From positions 23,946 to 56,185 of the forward strand of contig CAXIUT010000250.1 of the NCBI GenBank assembly GCA_964035545.1: a stretch of DNA of 32,240 nucleotides. Direction: 5' to 3'. Below the pieces are notes generated by a model, which was not told where the DNA came from, searched no databases, and worked only from the letters and a program-made list of their open reading frames with translations. Below, piece by piece: positions 24,990-32,240 of the stretch. The stretch is from Bugula neritina (lineage: Eukaryota > Animalia > Bryozoa). The first letter of the stretch is position 1; each line of letters opens with the position of its first letter. A program made the position numbers and the translations under genes.

Positions 24990-25378
24990 ATGATCCCTCC
25001 CTACGCACACACCTTCACAGTCATCCTCGCTGTCTTCGGACTAGTGGGCTGTATCGGTCGGTTCGACTACAACTTGGTCCTCGCTCTCGGCTGGATCTAC
25101 CTCGGAGACATCAACTATCGTCTCACCAATTCCATTGGGGTATCTCTCTATTAATGCAGTTCTACGTAATGGTATTCGGATCGGTAGTCGTCGATGCTAT
25201 AAGTATGATATTATCAGCTGGTCAGGGAGATCACTTTACTTTTATATTTTTACCTTTATGTGAAATAATAGTAAAATTTGCAATTTGTGCATTTTCAGCT
25301 TTCCATTTCTACAACAAGATGAATAAAAAAAACATTCCATAACCACTAGAACAATAATCCCAATTATAGAAAAAATGA
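24990..25378 (+). CDS. Small multi-pass membrane protein (weak AGTRAP-like resemblance)
   Basis: 123 codons after a 20-nt intron at 25140-25159; 3-4 hydrophobic segments and many C-ending codons. Confidence 0.75.
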
Positions 25379-25432
25379 TAATTATATTCTTATATTTAAT
25401 AATTAATAAGCTAAATGAATATCATTTATTCA

Positions 25433-27303
25433 TCATTTATCCATTAGATCAGCCAATTCTTCAGGGGCATACATCGCTTTGTTATTACTTTGCTAATCAA
25501 TTAAAAAGCAGGCCAAAAGAGTATCAACTGCTACATCGAATATCGACATAAAAACAACTGCTATCGCCAGTGATATTATTCCAACCAATATCAATAGATA
25601 AATAGGCTAGAGAACGTTTTATTTAATACTTGATACGAATGTTATCAAGATGTAGAAGAGGAAAGTTGTCAAACCAGCTATTAGTAATTTACCTACAAAA
25701 GCAAGAATAAAACCAACTGCTGCTACTATACTATACCTAAGAGCATTCGATAAAATCAATGCTATTGCATCACCAGCAGCTGTACAAAAATTTTTACCTG
25801 TTATTGCAATTTGAATAAAAGCATTTTTATTTAAAAATTAAACTACTCGCTTTATACACTCCAAACAACAACGAACACAATTTATAAGAGCTGAATAACA
25901 ACAATTTGCCTCTCCTGGTGGCTCCATCTGACTATTGAATATCTAGAATATTATCTGAATGAATTGAATGATAGCCAAAAGAAGAGCTCCAAATGCTAAA
26001 CTTCCTAAATGGTAACGGAATACCATATAGTATGCTGTACATATAGGAGAATCTAACTCTACTCCTGGAGCCTTAGAAAAGTACCAAACAGCACATGCCG
26101 CAGCAACCACAAAAGTAGTTATGGCCAATAGCAAAGCATTAGTCCACAGAGAACCGAAAAGGAAATAATAGAAGTATCCGAGACTAGCACTTGTAAAACT
26201 TTCAATAGATGTGAATACATCATCTCCTTCAACCACAAAATTTGCAGTACCAATCAATGTTACCATTGCAAAGAGTGCAAATACCCAAAATGCAAATACT
26301 ACTAGACCCATAATGACAGGAACTAGTACAACTTGACAAGTAGAAGCAATGAACTGTCCAGCAACTCCGCAAAGAGCCACAGCAAGTCGAATCCGACTGC
26401 AACAACAAAGAATAATTATGATAATAATTGCCATTACCCCAAATGTGACATATCCAAATATATTATAATAGCTGTTAGTAGGCAAATCTGGAATATCAAT
26501 GCCTAAATTCCCAACAAAACTATCCTGACTGATAGCTCCTCCATTGTAAAGGAAAATGATACCTAGTCCAGCCAGGAGAAGAACCAAGAGGAGGAGAGAA
26601 ACCCAAATGAAGCAAGCAGCAAAGCATCGAAGGAAGAACATGAAAAGGACAGAAATAATAACAGCAGCTACTAATGCCAGTAAAATCCATTTCCAATTCT
26701 AAATAAAAATATATTTACTTATTAGACATCAGTAACAAAGTTAGCAACTCCAGCCTGTCTCAATCTATCAGAAAAGGTACTAGTATAATCCTTAAAGGCG
26801 TTTTCAAAGACAACTGAAGTAGGAATACAGACTCTCCCAATAAGGCCCTTTGTCTCATAACCTATCAAATCACTAGTTGTTAGAGTATCATTAGGATTTC
26901 CGTTGGAGTCAATTGTTTTGGTATAGTCACATGAAGCCTTATCATTTCCTGCACTAAAACAGTCAAGAACTGTTAAAGTGTTACCATTAAACTCTGGGCA
27001 TGCTTTTACGCATGTTCTATGTTGCAAATTGCTGGTCGTTGGATTGTAAAAATAAGCATACTAGAAGTCCTTGGTCACTGAGTTAGAACCTCCACAAACG
27101 TTTCCTTTCTAGTCAGTTGCACGATACACGTTGGTTGTATCTCCATTGGTGTATCCATAGATAGCGAATCCAATCAGGACTCCCAAGTTGATCAAGAAAA
27201 GGATACAGCAAAATACATCTGTACAATCTCTTTGATAGGGGTGTCTAGGTCCATTCTTCACATCTGCGAATCTTTCAGCCACAGCCTGTTAGTCCTCTGC
27301 CAT
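25433..27303 (-). CDS. Choline transporter-like protein (CTL/SLC44 family)
   Basis: 617 codons after a 20-nt intron at 26699-26718. RDCTDVFCCILF, CVKACP, RIRLAVAL, RYHLGSLAFGALL, FLNKNAFIQIAITGKNFCTAA, AVDTLLACFLIDE. Confidence 0.95.
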
Positions 27304-27441
27304 TTAAATTATATCAAAAACTTAAATATTAAGAGTTTAAAAAGTTTAGCGACCGTTTAGACCTTAATAACCAGTAAATAAATAGATATTCAATATATTA
27401 TTTCCAATATTCAACAATGAAGTTAACTATCTCCATATTTA

Positions 27442-28848
27442 TCATTTTTACTTCGATAGTATTATTACTTTGCGATTATTCTTTCCCTTGCGTTATTCTG
27501 GATTCTTCAATTGAATTAACATCTGAGATGCCTCAACATGCTTATCCTATAACTATAAAACCTTTTATAAAGATTCAATTGCCTCCTGCTTTCTACTTAA
27601 TTGAAGCAAACATTTTGCTTTGCTTACATAAAACTGACAACATCTTGGACTAAATACTACAGCTTAGTTAAACTCACCTAAAGCTAAGTCATAGTTCTTA
27701 GAGTTGAATAAAGCTACTCCTCGAACACTATAGATAGAAGCTATCCTGAAATTTAGCTCATCATTTTTTTTTTCAACTTCATGAGCTCTAAGATAGTCTT
27801 CTAAAGCCTTAACAAAATCATTCAAAGACCGATAACAATCTCCTCTATTGGTTAGCATTCCCCAATCTTTAGGATTAAATGTTAATCCTTCAGTAAATAG
27901 TTTACAAGCCTCGTTGAATTTCATTTGCTTATATAAGAAGATTCCCATTTAGTTGTAAGTTAAAGAAATTTGACTTCGAAGTTCTCCTTAAAGAGATAGA
28001 TCTTCAATATGCTTATTTGCTAACTCAAGATCAGATAAAGCTTGTTCATATTGCTCTTTAGTTCTGTAAAGATAAGCACTCAATATAAGTAGTTGAGTAT
28101 GATAAGGATGAATCTATAGACCTTTTTTGACCTTTAGCTTACATTTCTATATTTTTCTGTCAATAAGATCATATTTAGCTTCTTTGTACAGCTTTTAGAT
28201 TTAAGGAGATATCATTTAGAGGAAGAGTTGAATTTAAGAATTACTTTTATCAAGACTATAGGCATTCCAAAATTATTTATATCCTTTGGCTGTTTAAAGC
28301 AGACTCCAATAAATCATGGCTCTTAAAATTATAAGATCTGCATCTTTCTAATCAATCATAATGCAGTTTTATACTTCACTTAAAGCTAACTATCTTTGAT
28401 TTACTTCAAGATAAGCTAAAGCACTTTAGAGATAGTCACTAAAAATTGATTTTTAACTTATTTTTTTCATCAATCTTTTGTGAAATTGAGGATATCTTCT
28501 TGAAAAAGATTAAAATTCTGTATCTTCTAGAATGTTTTTAACTGATCCTATCTATAGTAGTTGCAGTCCTTGTATTTTTGATATGTTTTTGACTTTTTCA
28601 AAAGCAGCAGAAGAGTTATTTAATTGATGCATTCTTCGATAAAATAGACTTGCACTCGTTAAATCCAATATTTTTTAATATATTTATGCTAATTCGAATA
28701 GATACTGAGGATCTTCTTTGAGAAAAATAGCTTTATGATAAGCTTCAATAGCCTACCAGTAACTATCTTATCTCCTAAGACTTCTGGCTAATTCTATTTT
28801 ATCTGCTAAACTTTCATTGATAATTTTATCTTTGGATGTTTGTTTCAT
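27442..28848 (-). CDS. Tetratricopeptide repeat protein, TTC16-like
   Basis: 469-codon ORF with multiple TPRs; QISLTYNEMG...LTNRGDCYRSLNDFVKALEDY resembles TTC16. Confidence 0.85.
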
Positions 28849-28912
28849 TTATCAGATTAGAATAATTATAAAGTTCAATAAAAATAAATACTAAGATAAG
28901 TTAAATAAATCA

Positions 28913-29953
28913 TCAAAATTTGGCTTTATTGTCATATGTTCCAAATACTTTATCCCAAAAGTTAGTCGTAACACCGAAATTAGTTTGAGAATTTCGATAG
29001 TGATGGGTTAAATGATTAATTCTTAATTATTTTAACCATTTTATTTAAATTTAACGCCCAAAATGACAATAATGATGCATACTATCATATGCTATCATTC
29101 CTCCTAGAAAACCTACAAAGATCATCAGAGCTTTCAATTGAGGAAGAAATATTAATAGAACAATAATTAAAAGAGCAAAAGTAACATTATCTCTTAGAAG
29201 AGAAAAAGCAACTCTATTTTTAAGTTTAGGAAAACAATGATGAATCAAATGAGGATTAAGAACTCCGTCTTGAAAAACACCCAAAGGATGAAACATAAAT
29301 CTATGGTAACAATATTCTGAAAAAGTCCAAACAAAAATACCTATTACAGAAAGATATAAGTCATAAACAATTTACTCAATAGAGTTATTGGAAAAGATCC
29401 AATAAATGATTAACAACAATTCAAGAAGGAAACCAAAGAAACTTGTCCAAAAATTAGTTTAATAGTAATAGTTTTACTTTTTATTTCGTAGAGAGGTTAT
29501 CTTTTATGGATATTTTAATATTTTAGGAATCTAATTTAGAAGTTATAGCTATTATGCTTTGAGTTTGGATATTTATTCTAGCAAAGGTTGCTAAAAATCA
29601 AATTTTTATATTATCTATTGATGTTTTTTTATTTTTTAATTGTTAAAAACTGAGCTATAAAACTTTTGTCCTTCCCCACTTTTTGAAGAATTATCTAGTT
29701 TACCAATAACTTTTCGACAAACTATAAGATCTGCATTAAGAGAGTGGTTTTTAGCAAGATAAACACTAGATAAATCTTTGTTGATAAAAGGGGTCAAAAT
29801 ATTATTGTATCCAGGATGATCGAAATCAGAAATATCAATTATCAAATTTTTCCATAGCACTAACTTCTTATCTTTTTGATTGATTTAAAATTATTATTGA
29901 GACATCTACTTAATCTAACTGAAAGGTTGAAGTGCAAAGTTTATTTGTTTCAT
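28913..29953 (-). CDS. Fatty acid 2-hydroxylase (Scs7/FA2H-like; cytochrome b5 plus FA hydroxylase domain), paralog C
   Basis: 347 codons; b5-like DISDFDHPGY...HS; His boxes WTFSEYCYHRFMFH, HLIHH, YDSMHHYCH, HLTHHY; FGVTTNFWDKVFGT. Confidence 0.9.
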
Positions 29954-29998
29954 CGATTATAAAAATTTATTATAAAATGATCAATATGTTTATGAAAA

Positions 29999-31042
29999 TC
30001 ACTGTTTTTTATCTTTATTGCCATAAGTTCCAAATACTTTATCCCAAATGCTACTAGTTACTCCAAAATAGGCATCTTGATTTCTATAATGATGTTTTAA
30101 GTGATGAATTTTTAAATATTTAAGCCACTTTATTTCTGTTTGAGGTCCAAAATGACAAAAGTAATGAATCAAATCATAAAATATCATTGCAGCAGTAAAA
30201 CCAACTATCATTATCGATGCCTTAAGAACAGGAAACAGAATCAACAAACCCAAATATATCAATAATAGCGTAAAAGAATCATGTATCAAAGGAAGAGCCA
30301 ATCTATTTTTTAGATTAGTAAAAGAATGATGAACCAGATGATTATGAAGTGTCCCTTCAGGTATTTTATTACCAGAAGGATGAACTATAAATCTATGACC
30401 TCCATATTAAGTTAATGTCCAACCTATTATTCCAAAAATAACTAAATAAAGATTCGATAGGATCTATTGAATCGGATAATTATAGAATAAAAAGAATGCT
30501 ACCAAAAGTAATTAAAGGAAAAATCCAGGAACAGTAATCCATAGATGAGTTTAGTATAAGAAATTAGCAATTGTTCCTTTTACTGATTGTATTTTTGATG
30601 GGACTTTAAAGCATTTAGGAAATTCAGTTAATATTTGAAGTTCATCTGAGTTAAGTTTTGCAATAGATTCCATAATAGGCTGTTGAAAGTCAATTTTTTA
30701 TACTATTTATTGATGTTTTTTAACTTTTTAGTTATTATAAACAGAGTTATAAAAATACTATCCTTCACTCTTATCTGAAGAGTTTTTAAGACGACCAATA
30801 GTTCTATTGCAAACAATGAGATTAGCATTAAGAGAGTGATCTTTTTAAAAATAAGCTGATGAAAGATCTTTGTTGATGAAAGGAGTCAAAAGATTATTAT
30901 ATCCAGGATGATCAAAATCAGAAATATCAACTATTAAGTTTTTCCATAAAACTAACTTCTTATTAGTCTGAGCTGATATTTGTTCTTTTGATATTTATGA
31001 AATTTCAGTATAAGGTTTGAGTCTATAATTCAGAGGATCCAT
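29999..31042 (-). CDS. Fatty acid 2-hydroxylase (Scs7/FA2H-like), paralog B
   Basis: 348 codons; DISDFDHPGY, WTLTEYGGHRFIVH, HLVHH, YDLIHYFCH, HHLKHHY, FGVTSSIWDKVFGT. Confidence 0.9.
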
Positions 31043-31079
31043 ATAATAAAATTATAGTAAATGAATAAAAGAATAAAGA

Positions 31080-32117
31080 TCAACTTTTTAATTTTTAATA
31101 AGTTCCGAATATTTTGTCCCATAAATTGGTCGTTACTCCAAAATTGGAATTAGGATTTCTGTAGTGATGTTTGAGATGATTAATTTTTAATTTTTTAAGC
31201 CAAGAAATTTATATTTAAGGACCAAAATGACAATAATAGTGAATACTGTCATAACTGATCAAAGCTGCCATAAGACCAATAATAATCATACACACAGATA
31301 ACTATGAAATAAAATACCTCAAAATAGTCATAATTACAACTATTCTAACAGACATTTTAAAAAAAGAAAGAGCAACTTTGTTTTTAAGATTAGGGAAGGC
31401 ATGATGAACCAGATGAGGACTATAAGTACCATTTTATTTAATTCCTTATTCATGAAGTTGAATTCGATGAACGTAGTACTCTGCTAAAGTCCAAAGAAGC
31501 CAACCTATCATCACTAGATGAATATTAGATAAAATATCAATAAGAGAGTTATTGCTAATTGTCCAAGTAATTAAAAGGGTTAATTCAGTTATAAATACAG
31601 AAAAACTAATCCAGAAATGTTCTTCTGCTAAGAAATTAGATATTTTACCTTTAACGAATGTGATCTATTCAGGATTTTTGAATAATTTAGGAATATCTGA
31701 TAATAGTCTAAATTCTTATGGTTTTAACTTATTGACTGATTACAATAAAGGTTGACTGAAATCACATTTTTGTAGAATATCTTAATGCTTCTTTATTTAT
31801 TAACTACCTACAACACTATTATAAAAACACTATCCTTACCTTCCTTATTATGAATTTGACAATTTTCCAATAGTCCTTGAACAAATAATCAAATCTCCAT
31901 TACTAGAATGATTTCTGTTTCTATAGGCTTAAGAAATATCACTACCAAGTTGCGACTTGATGATACTATTATATCCAGGATGTTGAAAATCAGAAACATC
32001 GATGATTAAATTTTTATAAAGAACTATTTCTTTAGTTGTTTTGATTGATTCTAGTTACTATTGGCTGATTTCTTGAAGTTAAGAGTATGGAGGTAATATT
32101 GGATTTAAAGGATTCAT
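31080..32117 (-). CDS. Fatty acid 2-hydroxylase (Scs7/FA2H-like), paralog A
   Basis: 346 codons; DVSDFQHPGY, WTLAEYYVHRIQLH, HLVHHAFP, YDSIHYYCH, HLKHHY, FGVTTNLWDKIFGT. Confidence 0.9.
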
Positions 32118-32155
32118 TGGTAATAATTATAACTTTTTTGAACAAATAAAAATAA

Positions 32156-32240
32156 TGGGGTTGGGGTTGGGGTTGGGGTTGGGGTTGGGGTTGGGGTTGG
32201 GGTTGGGGTTGGGGTTGGGGTTGGGGTTGGGGGGTTGGGA
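32156..32240 (+). repeat. Right telomere, (TTGGGG)n
   Basis: TTGGGG tandem repeats to the end of the window, complementary to the left telomere; one G6 unit near the end. Confidence 0.99.

Noticed and set aside
341-31755. Most ORFs in the supplied track (e.g. 341-625, 8143-8346, 14444-14782, 16620-16832, 20137-20490, 27417-27653)
   Set aside because: They were computed with TAA/TAG as stops. They are antisense or off-frame shadows, or fragments of the table-30 genes.
296-32117. Reading the many in-frame TAA/TAG as pseudogenisation, as Gln (table 6), or as UAA=Lys
   Set aside because: ORFs run intact to TGA with catalytic motifs preserved, and both codons sit at conserved Glu positions.
15119-32117. 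Functional lipid/membrane gene cluster (Derlin, PI4K, TMEM150-like, CTL, FA2H)
   Set aside because: The genes are interspersed with unrelated ones, TMEM150/Sfk1 partners PI4KIII-alpha rather than beta, and nothing beyond chance adjacency supports a cluster.
32221-32240. Variant telomere units (G6 and terminal GGGA)
   Set aside because: Single irregularities at the very end of the sequence, most likely sequencing or trimming noise.
1-32240. tRNA, rRNA, CRISPR arrays, transposons or retained IESs
   Set aside because: None recognisable by eye; a covariance-model search would be needed to exclude small RNAs.

Overview
This window is a complete, telomere-to-telomere ciliate macronuclear chromosome of 32.2 kb, with (C4A2)n at the left end and (T2G4)n at the right. 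It is eukaryotic, so the supplied standard-code ORF track is largely misleading. Conserved motifs in several proteins show that TAA and TAG both encode Glu and that TGA is the only stop (NCBI table 30, the peritrich-type code). Read that way, I find 24 tightly packed genes: PP2A B'', a MACPF toxin-like protein with two Vps62/beta-tripod-like repeats, an F-box protein, a cyclin-like protein, a bacterial-type citrate synthase, a MurQ/GCKR-like double-SIS protein, Derlin, PI4KIII-beta, Tctex-1, a kinase-LRR protein, a DRAM/TMEM150 protein, a Dbf4-type zinc-finger protein, CTL/SLC44, a TTC16-like TPR protein, three tandem FA2H paralogs and several hypothetical proteins. Three patterns stand out. 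Introns are almost invariably 20 nt (GTA...AYNNAG, with a fixed A at -6). 23 of 24 genes end in TGA-T. One gene appears to need two -1 shifts at A-runs. All translations and coordinates were made by hand and no database search was run.
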